32,000 bases of DNA. It comes from Escherichia coli. Lineage in GTDB: Bacteria > Pseudomonadota > Gammaproteobacteria > Enterobacterales > Enterobacteriaceae. Positions 1 through 14,289 of the stretch are shown here, piece by piece (position 1 is the first letter of the stretch; each line of letters begins with the position of its first letter). The stretch lies in NCBI RefSeq assembly GCF_002948655.1, contig NZ_CP026755.1; one strand, 5' to 3'. The position numbers and the translations under genes are program-made. The notes below the pieces were generated by a model. The model worked only from the letters and a program-made list of their open reading frames with translations. It was not told where the DNA came from and did not search any database.

Positions 1-905
1 AGTTCCTGCACTTCTTCGTTGGTCAGCGAGAAGATGTCACGCTGTTCCTGCGGTACGTCTTCGATTTTAACCTGCTTGCCGTGCTCCTGGGTCGGCGCGT
101 AAACCATGCGGATTTTTTTCGACCCCATGGTGCGGCGCACGATAGCCGGGCGATTCGCCGCCAGTGTCGGTTTGTGCACGTAAAACTCATCCGGGTTAAC
201 CGCACCCTGCACGACCATTTCACCAAGGCCCCATGCGGAAGTGATAAACACCACCTGGTCAAAGCCGGATTCGGTATCAATGGAGAACATCACGCCAGAA
301 GATGCGAGGTCGGAGCGCACCATCCGCTGAACACCGGCGGAGAGCGCCACGCCACGGTGATCGTAACCCTGGTGCACACGATAAGAGATGGCGCGATCGT
401 TAAACAGAGAAGCAAATACATGTTTCACTGCCACGAGAACGGCGTCAAAACCCTGAACGTTGAGGAAAGTTTCCTGCTGACCGGCAAAAGAAGCGTCCGG
501 CATATCTTCTGCAGTAGCGGAGGAACGCACCGCAAACGAAGCGTTTTCGTCATCGGCGGAAAGCTGTGCATAGGCTTCGCGGATGGCGTTTTCCAGCTCA
601 GGCTGGAAGGGAGTGTCGATAATCCACTGGCGGATTTGCGCGCCCGCTTTCGCAAGCTGGGTAACATCGTCAATATCCGTTTTATCCAGCAGTTCATAAA
701 TGCGCTGGTTTACGCCGCTTTGGTCCAGAAACTGGTTAAACGCGTCGGCGGTTGTGGCGAAACCATTCGGAACGGAAACACCCATTCCGGAAAGGTTAGT
801 AATCATTTCACCCAGGGAGGCATTTTTGCCCCCAACCCTGTCTACATCATTCATGCCGAGTTGGTTATACCAAAGCACCAGCGGTGACGAGCCATTGTTG
901 GACAT
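1..905 (-). CDS. ppsA: Phosphoenolpyruvate synthase, N-terminal ~301 codons; the rest of the gene lies beyond the left edge
   Basis: The minus-strand frame is open to position 1 and the ATG is the complement of 903-905. Translation starts MSNNGSSPLVLWYNQLGMNDVD..., which I recognise as E. coli PpsA. It is absent from the ORF track because it has no stop in the window. Track ORF 81..887 (+) is its antisense shadow. Confidence 0.95.
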   Translation of the reverse strand, partial: MSNNGSSPLVLWYNQLGMNDVDRVGGKNASLGEMITNLSGMGVSVPNGFATTADAFNQFLDQSGVNQRIYELLDKTDIDDVTQLAKAGAQIRQWIIDTPFQPELENAIREAYAQLSADDENASFAVRSSATAEDMPDASFAGQQETFLNVQGFDAVLVAVKHVFASLFNDRAISYRVHQGYDHRGVALSAGVQRMVRSDLASSGVMFSIDTESGFDQVVFITSAWGLGEMVVQGAVNPDEFYVHKPTLAANRPAIVRRTMGSKKIRMVYAPTQEHGKQVKIEDVPQEQRDIFSLTNEEVQE

Positions 906-991
906 CGAACAATCCTTTTGTGATAAATGAACGGTTTGAGAAACACATTTCTGCGCATTTATCTTTGCATATTTAACCGGATGAAAAAAAC

Positions 992-1007
992 GGTGAATCG
1001 TTCAAGC
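992..1007. promoter_or_regulatory. Cra (FruR) operator in the ppsA/ppsR divergent control region
   Basis: GGTGAATCGTTCAAGC matches the Cra half-palindrome consensus (TGAAWC-G-WTTCA-like). It lies ~90 bp upstream of the ppsA ATG, where a Cra activation site is known. Confidence 0.6.
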
Positions 1008-1236
1008 AAATATATTTTTTTACTTTTTAAGACTGATCCCAGCGTTGCGCAAATCTGCTCTCTTCGACAATTTCCACATAAACCATCGGTATAAACGAAA
1101 CCATAAAAATGAAATGCTGTTTTCATAAAAAATAAAATTGAAGGTTCATTTATAAACCAGACATAACGTTCTACGCTTCTGTGCGTTTTTAATTTATGCT
1201 TTCATAGAATTATGTCTACATCACGGGAAGAACAAA

Positions 1237-2070
1237 ATGGATAATGCTGTTGATCGCCACGTTTTTTATATTTCTGATGGTACGGCAATAACTGCGGAGG
1301 TATTAGGACACGCAGTAATGTCACAATTTCCCGTCACTATCAGCAGCATTACGCTGCCGTTTGTCGAAAATGAGAGCCGTGCACGGGCAGTGAAGGATCA
1401 GATTGACGCAATTTATCACCAGACAGGCGTGCGCCCGCTGGTCTTCTACTCCATCGTGTTGCCGGAGATTCGCGCCATCATCTTGCAAAGTGAGGGCTTT
1501 TGCCAGGATATCGTTCAGGCGCTGGTTGCCCCGCTACAACAAGAGATGCAACTGGATCCCACGCCGATTGCTCATCGTACCCATGGCCTGAACCCTAATA
1601 ACCTCAATAAATATGATGCGCGTATTGCGGCGATTGATTACACCCTTGCCCATGACGACGGCATTTCGTTGCGCAATCTGGACCAGGCTCAGGTGATCCT
1701 GCTCGGTGTTTCTCGCTGTGGTAAAACCCCCACCAGTCTGTATCTGGCAATGCAATTTGGTATCCGCGCGGCAAACTACCCCTTTATTGCCGACGATATG
1801 GATAATCTGGTGCTACCCGCGTCGCTCAAACCGCTTCAGCACAAATTGTTCGGCCTGACTATCGACCCGGAACGTCTGGCGGCGATTCGCGAGGAACGTC
1901 GGGAGAACAGTCGCTATGCCTCGCTTCGTCAGTGCAGGATGGAAGTCGCGGAAGTGGAAGCGTTGTACCGTAAAAATCAGATCCCGTGGATTAACAGTAC
2001 CAATTATTCGGTAGAAGAGATTGCCACCAAGATCCTCGATATCATGGGCCTTAGCCGCCGAATGTACTAG
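1237..2070 (+). CDS. ppsR: PEP synthase regulatory protein (bifunctional kinase/pyrophosphorylase, DUF299)
   Basis: 277-aa ORF with the P-loop [15 protein letters not shown]. It is divergent from ppsA, and the sequence is recognised as YdiA/PpsR. Confidence 0.95.
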   Translation: MDNAVDRHVFYISDGTAITAEVLGHAVMSQFPVTISSITLPFVENESRARAVKDQIDAIYHQTGVRPLVFYSIVLPEIRAIILQSEGFCQDIVQALVAPLQQEMQLDPTPIAHRTHGLNPNNLNKYDARIAAIDYTLAHDDGISLRNLDQAQVILLGVSRCGKTPTSLYLAMQFGIRAANYPFIADDMDNLVLPASLKPLQHKLFGLTIDPERLAAIREERRENSRYASLRQCRMEVAEVEALYRKNQIPWINSTNYSVEEIATKILDIMGLSRRMY

Positions 2071-2083
2071 AAAACTAGTGCAT
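2063..2083. promoter_or_regulatory. TrpR operator of aroH; a candidate -10 TATCAT lies at 2100-2105
   Basis: TGTACTAGAAAACTAGTGCAT contains the GTACTAG/CTAGTnC inverted repeat typical of Trp repressor operators. It sits upstream of the Trp-sensitive DAHP synthase gene. Confidence 0.8.
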
Positions 2084-2226
2084 TGGCTTGCTTTTTTGTT
2101 ATCATGCTAACCACCCGGCGAGGTGTGACACACCTCGCACTTGAAATCAGCTGCGATTGGTTTATCGTGATGCGCATCACTTCCCGGTAGTCCTGCCGTA
2201 GAAGCAACAAATTTCTGAGACTTGTA

Positions 2227-3273
2227 ATGAACAGAACTGACGAACTCCGTACTGCGCGTATTGAGAGCCTGGTAACGCCCGCCGAACTCGCGCTACGGTA
2301 TCCCGTAACGACTGGCGTCGCCACCCATGTCACCGACTCCCGCCGCAGAATTGAAAAAATACTGAATGGTGAAGATAAGCGACTGTTGGTCATTATTGGC
2401 CCCTGCTCGATCCACGATCTCACCGCTGCGATGGAGTACGCCACCCGTCTGCAGTCGCTGCGCAACCAGTACCAGCCACGGCTGGAAATCGTAATGCGCA
2501 CCTATTTTGAAAAACCACGAACTGTTGTCGGCTGGAAAGGACTCATCTCCGATCCGGATTTAAACGGCAGCTATCGGGTAAATCACGGTCTGGAGCTGGC
2601 GCGCAAATTACTTTTACAGGTAAATGAGCTGGGCGTCCCTACCGCGACTGAGTTCCTCGATATGGTGACCGGTCAGTTTATTGCTGATTTAATCAGTTGG
2701 GGCGCGATTGGCGCACGTACTACCGAAAGTCAGATCCACCGTGAAATGGCTTCGGCACTCTCCTGTCCGGTAGGTTTTAAAAATGGTACCGATGGCAACA
2801 CGCGGATTGCCGTAGATGCTATCCGCGCAGCCCGCGCCAGCCATATGTTCCTCTCGCCAGACAAAAACGGTCAGATGACCATCTATCAGACCAGTGGCAA
2901 CCCGTATGGCCATATTATTATGCGTGGCGGCAAAAAACCGAATTACCATGCCGATGATATCGCCGCAGCCTGCGATACGCTGCACGAGTTTGATTTACCT
3001 GAACATCTGGTGGTGGATTTCAGCCACGGTAACTGCCAGAAGCAGCACCGTCGCCAGTTAGAAGTTTGTGAGGATATTTGTCAGCAAATCCGCAATGGCT
3101 CTACGGCGATTGCTGGAATTATGGCGGAAAGTTTCCTGCGCGAAGGAACGCAAAAAATCGTCGGCGGTCAGCCGCTCACTTACGGTCAATCGATTACCGA
3201 CCCGTGTCTGGGCTGGGAAGATACCGAACGCCTGGTCGAAAAACTCGCCTCTGCGGTTGATACCCGCTTCTGA
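2227..3273 (+). CDS. aroH: 3-deoxy-D-arabino-heptulosonate-7-phosphate synthase, Trp-sensitive
   Basis: 348-aa ORF with class I-alpha DAHP synthase sequence (..IGPCSIHD..KPRT..GARTTESQ..). Recognised as AroH. Confidence 0.97.
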   Translation: MNRTDELRTARIESLVTPAELALRYPVTTGVATHVTDSRRRIEKILNGEDKRLLVIIGPCSIHDLTAAMEYATRLQSLRNQYQPRLEIVMRTYFEKPRTVVGWKGLISDPDLNGSYRVNHGLELARKLLLQVNELGVPTATEFLDMVTGQFIADLISWGAIGARTTESQIHREMASALSCPVGFKNGTDGNTRIAVDAIRAARASHMFLSPDKNGQMTIYQTSGNPYGHIIMRGGKKPNYHADDIAAACDTLHEFDLPEHLVVDFSHGNCQKQHRRQLEVCEDICQQIRNGSTAIAGIMAESFLREGTQKIVGGQPLTYGQSITDPCLGWEDTERLVEKLASAVDTRF

Positions 3274-3279
3274 ATGCGT

Positions 3280-3307
3280 GCCCATTCCTGACGGAATGGG
3301 CATTTCT
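3280..3307 (+). terminator. Intrinsic terminator of aroH
   Basis: 9-bp stem GCCCATTCC / GGAATGGGC with a TGAC loop, followed by ATTTCT, 7 nt after the aroH stop. Confidence 0.75.
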
Positions 3308-3363
3308 GCGCAACTTGTTGTCTTCTCAACACATTACTGCTTGCTCTGTCCCGCTATAATATT

Positions 3364-3382
3364 GATAATAAGAATCATTGTT
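3364..3382. promoter_or_regulatory. Fur box upstream of ydiE
   Basis: GATAATAAGAATCATTGTT matches the 19-bp Fur consensus GATAATGATAATCATTATC at about 15 of 19 positions. It lies ~20 bp upstream of a HemP-family gene. Confidence 0.7.
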
Positions 3383-3404
3383 ATATCAATTATTATTATT
3401 TTTT

Positions 3405-3596
3405 ATGCGTTATACGGATAGCAGAAAACTCACGCCTGAAACGGATGCCAATCACAAGACCGCTTCCCCGCAGCCCATTCGGCGAATTACCAGCCAGACA
3501 CTGTTAGGTCCGGATGGCAAACTGATTATCGATCATGACGGGCAAGAATATCTGCTCCGTAAAACTCAGGCTGGCAAGCTGCTGTTGACCAAGTAG
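3405..3596 (+). CDS. ydiE: HemP-family small protein (hemin-uptake-protein-like)
   Basis: 63 codons from MRYTDSRKL... ending ...[18 protein letters not shown] (HemP-like C-terminus). I place the start at the internal Met of track ORF 3378..3596, matching my recollection of YdiE. Confidence 0.85.
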   Translation: MRYTDSRKLTPETDANHKTASPQPIRRITSQTLLGPDGKLIIDHDGQEYLLRKTQAGKLLLTK

Positions 3597-3599
3597 CCT

Positions 3600-5097
<1,498 letters not shown>

Positions 5098-5098
5098 G

Positions 5099-5812
5099 TT
5101 ATCGCTGAACCAACGTCGTTATCTGATTTACAGGAACGGCAGGCCACAGGCATCCCTGGAGAGCATGGAAATCAAAGGGGGTAATCTGTGCCATTATTTC
5201 TGGCGTATCAATGCCCCCCGCGATGATGCAATTGCAACATGGGGAAATTTGCGCCTGGATCGCACGAATAAACGGTTCGAAGGAGCGATGCGTGATTTGT
5301 TGCTGAATAAAACTTTTATCCAGCATGACGCGGGTGAAAAGACCATCAAAAACCGCTCTCATTGTGCTATTGCCTGCGCCCAAATTACCTAACACAAGGG
5401 GATACATTTGCGATAAGGACAAAAGATCGCGATTATCTTTTCCTTCATCGAGATGCGGGTAATTCTCATTAATCAACAGTTCAATAAACGGATATTTTAA
5501 TAGTTCGCCCGCGTAATTATCCCTGTCTAATAATAAAGTAGCCACTTGTGGGGTTAAATTAAGCCAGGCAAAGAGTTTATGTTGAATAAAAAAGTGTTGG
5601 CATGATTTTAGCAATTCCAACTGCTCAGAAAATAATTGCCAATGTTGCTCCTCGGTAAGTTGCGCTATAACCCGACTCGTCGGTATACGAACCGTACCAT
5701 CTTCACTGGAGAAATGGGTAATTAACTCAACACCGACAAGGTCTTGCTGGTTATCTCTTATCGGCAGGAAATAGCAATCAGAATGATAAAGATTCTCCAA
5801 AAAAATCTTCAT
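5099..5812 (-). CDS. ydiV: Anti-FlhD4C2 factor, degenerate EAL-domain protein
   Basis: 237-aa ORF recognised as YdiV. It has an EAL-like fold with ELI in place of the EAL motif (..VGVELITHF..). Confidence 0.93.
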   Translation of the reverse strand: MKIFLENLYHSDCYFLPIRDNQQDLVGVELITHFSSEDGTVRIPTSRVIAQLTEEQHWQLFSEQLELLKSCQHFFIQHKLFAWLNLTPQVATLLLDRDNYAGELLKYPFIELLINENYPHLDEGKDNRDLLSLSQMYPLVLGNLGAGNSTMRAVFDGLFTRVMLDKSFIQQQITHRSFEPFIRAIQAQISPCCNCIIAGGIDTPEIMAQITPFDFHALQGCLWPAVPVNQITTLVQR

Positions 5813-6016
5813 GGTAACCGTCCCTCTCGAAGGATGTTTTTCAGTATCCGGCTAAAAGGGATGAGGCCATAAGACATAACAATTACAGAAGGAGTAACTT
5901 TCATTTGTTCCATGTTAACCACTTTTTCAGGGGTCCTTTTATTAGATTATCCTGATTATAAACGAATAATCCATTTACGGAATTTTTGTCTGTAAAATAC
6001 TACTGTATTCAGGAGT

Positions 6017-6051
6017 AAATGGACGGAGATGTATCATCGCCGTCCATTTTT
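6017..6051. terminator. Stem-loop 8 nt downstream of nlpC; a canonical U-tract is present only on the + strand
   Basis: 10-bp stem AAATGGACGG (6017-6026) / CCGTCCATTT (6040-6049) with a 13-nt loop. The + strand reads hairpin then TTTTTCG. The - strand reads hairpin then TTACTCC. Confidence 0.55.
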
Positions 6052-6058
6052 CGACATA

Positions 6059-6523
6059 CTAGATTCGTCTCGCCTGCCAGAAATTTTTCTGCCAATAAAC
6101 ATTATCGAGTGAGGAACGCATCACTCCCTTGCTGGTAGAGGCGTGGATAAATTGGTTGTTGGTATCATAAATACCTACATGCAAACCATTTTGTCCGGAG
6201 CCCGTTTTGAAAAAGACCAGGTCACCAGGCAGCAACTCGTCTTTATCAATTTGCGTGCCGATAGAGGCTTGTTCTTTGGTTTCTCGGGGCAGCTGCAAAT
6301 CGAAACGATCGCGCATCGTCACAACCACAAACCCCGAACAGTCCACACCGCGCCGCGTCATGCCACCATAACGATACGGCGTGCCATGCCAGCTCTGTAG
6401 CTGGTCGTTCAAACCGGCAATAACGGTAATCGAATCAGAAAGTCTGGCATTTGGCGGCGGTGCTTTATGGTGGCTACACCCGGCCAGAAACAGTGCTGTG
6501 ATCAAAATAAGGCAGAAACGCAT
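6059..6523 (-). CDS. nlpC: NlpC/P60-family lipoprotein (peptidoglycan endopeptidase family)
   Basis: 154-aa ORF with signal peptide and lipobox LFLAGC. The catalytic Cys lies in GVDCSGFV and the His in GLHVGIY. Confidence 0.95.
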   Translation of the reverse strand: MRFCLILITALFLAGCSHHKAPPPNARLSDSITVIAGLNDQLQSWHGTPYRYGGMTRRGVDCSGFVVVTMRDRFDLQLPRETKEQASIGTQIDKDELLPGDLVFFKTGSGQNGLHVGIYDTNNQFIHASTSKGVMRSSLDNVYWQKNFWQARRI

Positions 6524-6600
6524 TCCGTACGGTTCCTCTGTTTTTTATTCTTGCATTAATTTAGCGTCGTAATTACCCGATTTTCAAGATACTAATGAAA

Positions 6601-7350
6601 TCAGATGGTCGAAATCAGCATTCTGTGACCTTCGATATCCAGACGGCGAAAATTCATCCCATAGGCCTGCGCCAGATTTGGCGGCGTGAGCACCTCTTCC
6701 CTGCGTCCACTGGCCAGCATTTTTCCACCTTTTAGCAACCACGCCCGATGCGCATGACGCAATGTATGGTTGAGATCGTGACTGCTCATCACAATCGCCA
6801 GTCCTTGCTGACACAGCGCGCTCAGAATTTTGTCTAATGCACTTTGTTGCGCAACATCAAGACTGTTCATAGGCTCATCAAGAAGTAGTAATTGGCCTGC
6901 GGGATTGGCTTGTGGTGTGATTTGCAGCACCACCGCAGCAAGACGTACGCGTTGCCATTCGCCGCCGGAAAGTTGATTGGTGCTACGTCCGAGTTTGTCA
7001 TCAAGAGCCAGCGCCCCTGCGACATCATTCAGTAGTTCGGTACGCGTTTTATCGTGCTGATGCAGTGTCAGGTAGTGCCAGACCGGCATTGCAAACGGCG
7101 GCGTCTGCTGTTGTGAAAGATAGGCGCGATGCAGCGCGAGTTTTGTTGCGGACCATGCTTCCAGTGGTTGCCCCGCGAACTGAATGCTTCCCTTACCGCT
7201 GGTCATTCCGGCCATTCGCGCCAGTAAGGTACTCTTACCCGCGCCGTTCGGCCCCACCAGGTGCAGGATCTCCCCAGCCCGAACCTCGCCAGAAAGCGGC
7301 CCCAGGCGGGTAGATTCCGCAACATCCTGTAACTGCATCACAATAGACAT
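6601..7350 (-). CDS. btuD: Vitamin B12 ABC importer, ATP-binding subunit
   Basis: 249 aa with Walker [10 protein letters not shown], signature LSGGEWQRV and Walker B LLLLDEP. Recognised as BtuD. Confidence 0.97.
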
Positions 7351-7901
7351 TATTTTGCCAACGCCAGTTTAATGCTTTCCATCACAATGGGATCTTCCGG
7401 CGTCATATCCGGGGAAAAACGCTGGATGACCAATCCGTCCCTGCCAACTAAAAATTTCTCAAAATTCCATAAAATATCATCAGGGTACAGCGGTGCACGA
7501 CCTTTGCTGACCATACGGGCATAGAATCCGCTCTCTTCCGGCGCGACTGCGGTCGGCGCTGCGGCAATCAATTTTTGATACAGCGGATGGCGTCCTTCGC
7601 CATTAACTTCAATCTTACTGAACATCGGGAACGTCACCCCCCATGTGGTGGTACAGTAAGTTTTAATCTCTTCATCGCTGCCCGGTTCTTGTTCCAGAAA
7701 CTGGTTGCACGGGAATCCCAGCACCACAAAACCACGATCAGCCCAGGCTTTCTGAATATTCTCCAACTGCTCATATTGCGGCGTTAAGCCACACTTTGAG
7801 GCGACATTGACAATCAACAGCACATTACCGGCGTACTTCTCCAGCGTGGTCACTTCACCGTCGATATCTTTCACTACGGTCGTCAGAATGGAATCTTGCA
7901 T
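7350..7901 (-). CDS. btuE: Glutathione-peroxidase-family thioredoxin/glutathione peroxidase
   Basis: 183 aa with GPx motifs [14 protein letters not shown] and WNFEKFL. Its stop overlaps the btuD ATG (TAATG, sharing nt 7350). Confidence 0.96.
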
Positions 7902-7963
7902 CGTTTCTCCTGGGTGTGGTCAGTAAAAATCTTAGCTTTTAATCATAGACCGTCTTTTTGCGG

Positions 7964-8944
7964 CTAACGTCCTGCTTTTAACAATAACCAGATAAACACC
8001 GGCGCACCCAACGTTGCGGTGACCACGCCAATAGGCAGCTCTGCGGCAGCTAATGCCAGGCGCGCTACAATATCGGCCAGCAGCAATGCGCTCGCCCCTG
8101 CCAGCGCGCAGCCGGGAAGTAATACGCGATGATCGGTTAAACCACACAGCCGGAGAATATGTGGGATCACCAGACCAATAAAGCCGATAGCACCCGCCAG
8201 CGCCACACTGACGCCAACCATCCAGCCGGTCGCTGCCACCAACACATTGCGCCAGAACCACAGGGGTAAACCCAGTTGCCGCGCCGAGATCTCGCCAAGT
8301 GCTAACATATTCATTGGCCTGGACTGACAACAGATCCACAACAACACGGGGATCAATGCCAGCATCAGCCAGCTTTGCCGCCAGTCTACGCCGCCAAAAC
8401 CGCCCATCATCCAGTACATCAGCTGACGTAAATCAACAGAGGTGGAAAAGTAGATAGCCCACGTCATTAGTGCGCTACAGATAATCCCTAATGCAACGCC
8501 AGCCAGCAATAACCGACTGGTCGAAAGATGACGACGGGCGAAACGTAAGAGTATTAAAGTGATGATAAGCGCGCCAGCAATCGCACACAGCCCTAGCGCC
8601 CAGTTGGGGAGTTGCCCTTGCCCAAGCAATACCGCGGCGATAAGCCCCACGCCTGCGCCGTTAGAGACGCCAAGTAGTCCAGGTTCTGCCAGAGGATTTT
8701 CGAACAACGCCTGCATTACAGCGCCGGATATAGCCAGCGCCGCACCAACCAGCAATACAGCCAGCGTACGTGGCAGGCGAATTTGCCAGACGAACAGTTC
8801 GCCACGAGGAGTAAACCAGTCACCTGGCGAGATCCATTGTTCACCGGCGCAAAGGCTTAAGAGAAGCGCCAGCAGCATCAAAACTGACAGGCATAATAAC
8901 CAGCGAATATTTTGTCGCTGTTGTTGGCGGGCAAGTGTCAGCAT
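7964..8944 (-). CDS. btuC: Vitamin B12 ABC importer, permease subunit
   Basis: 326-aa polytopic membrane protein of the FecCD/BtuC family. Recognised as BtuC. Confidence 0.96.
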   Translation of the reverse strand: MLTLARQQQRQNIRWLLCLSVLMLLALLLSLCAGEQWISPGDWFTPRGELFVWQIRLPRTLAVLLVGAALAISGAVMQALFENPLAEPGLLGVSNGAGVGLIAAVLLGQGQLPNWALGLCAIAGALIITLILLRFARRHLSTSRLLLAGVALGIICSALMTWAIYFSTSVDLRQLMYWMMGGFGGVDWRQSWLMLALIPVLLWICCQSRPMNMLALGEISARQLGLPLWFWRNVLVAATGWMVGVSVALAGAIGFIGLVIPHILRLCGLTDHRVLLPGCALAGASALLLADIVARLALAAAELPIGVVTATLGAPVFIWLLLKAGR

Positions 8945-9006
8945 GGTATCCGTTCTGCTGAAGTGTCATGGCGTTGATTTTACGGTGACTCTTCGACAGT
9001 GAAAAG

Positions 9007-9032
9007 AAAAAAGGCCGCAGAGCGGCCTTTTT
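9007..9032. terminator. Bidirectional intrinsic terminator after ihfA
   Basis: AAAAAAGGCCGC-AGA-GCGGCCTTTTT: a GC stem flanked by an A-tract and a T-tract, 13 nt downstream of the ihfA stop. Confidence 0.8.
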
Positions 9033-9044
9033 AGTTAGATCAGA

Positions 9045-9344
9045 TTACTCGTCTTTGGGCGAAGCGTTTTCGACCCGGCTTTTTAACTTCTGCCCGGGTC
9101 TGAAGGTCACCACGCGCCGTGCTGTAATGGGAATATCCTCGCCCGTTTTCGGGTTACGTCCCGGGCGTTGATTCTTATCACGCAGATCGAAGTTACCAAA
9201 ACCAGAGAGTTTCACCTGTTCGCCGTTTTCCAGAGCGCGACGGATCTCTTCGAAAAACAGTTCAACCAGTTCTTTGGCATCCCGCTTGCTAAGCCCAAGC
9301 TTATCAAACAGATATTCTGACATTTCAGCTTTTGTAAGCGCCAT
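9045..9344 (-). CDS. ihfA: Integration host factor alpha subunit
   Basis: 99 aa with the HU/IHF signature [26 protein letters not shown]. It lies 4 nt downstream of pheT. Confidence 0.98.
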
Positions 9345-9348
9345 AGGT

Positions 9349-11739
<2,391 letters not shown>

Positions 11740-11750
11740 CTATTCCTGCC

Positions 11751-12776
<1,026 letters not shown>

Positions 12777-12800
12777 TTAATTTTTTCAAAACGCGCATAC

Positions 12801-12826
12801 AAAAAAAGCCTCCACTGGGAGGCTTT
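12801..12826 (-). terminator. pheST attenuator terminator
   Basis: The minus-strand RNA reads AAAGCCUCC-CAGU-GGAGGCUUU followed by UUUU. It sits between the leader peptide and pheS. Confidence 0.85.
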
Positions 12827-12872
12827 CAGGCGCTGTTTTCCGTTTCTCTTCTCACGCGCTAGCCTCCTGGAG

Positions 12873-12917
12873 TCAGGTGCTAAAGTAAAAAAAGAAGCGG
12901 AAAATAGCAGCATTCAT
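12873..12917 (-). CDS. pheM: pheST operon leader peptide (Phe-rich, 14 aa)
   Basis: The reverse complement reads ATGAATGCTGCTATTTTCCGCTTCTTTTTTTACTTTAGCACCTGA, giving [14 protein letters not shown]. Five of the 14 codons are Phe. Confidence 0.95.
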
Positions 12918-13000
12918 TGCTTGCGTTACCTTTTGGTACTTTTCAAAAGACCTTTATTGAAAAGGCTACGGCGATAAAAGTCAATGTTTTGATGGCGTTG

Positions 13001-13030
13001 AAACGAAAAGAGGGAGACTAGCTCCCTCTT
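13001..13030 (-). terminator. Intrinsic terminator after rplT
   Basis: Stem AGAGGGAG (13009-13016) / CTCCCTCT (13022-13029), followed on the minus strand by CUUUUCGUUUC. Confidence 0.8.
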
Positions 13031-13039
13031 TCAACTGGC

Positions 13040-13423
<384 letters not shown>

Positions 13424-13449
13424 TTAAAAAGTTAAAAAACGTTAACGGC

Positions 13450-14289
<840 letters not shown>

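Noticed and set aside
81-887. 268-aa plus-strand ORF at the left edge
   Set aside because: It lies entirely antisense to the recognisable ppsA coding frame. Its sequence is low-complexity and Arg/His-rich, typical of a shadow ORF, and it has no SD.
7932-8339. 135-aa minus-strand ORF overlapping the btuC 3' half
   Set aside because: It is an alternative frame of btuC. The BtuC frame is continuous and recognisable over the whole interval.
8945-9044. Possible cobalamin riboswitch upstream of btuC
   Set aside because: The 100-bp interval is mostly occupied by the ihfA terminator and is far too short for a B12 element. No B12-box-like sequence is visible. In E. coli the riboswitch controls btuB, not btuCED.
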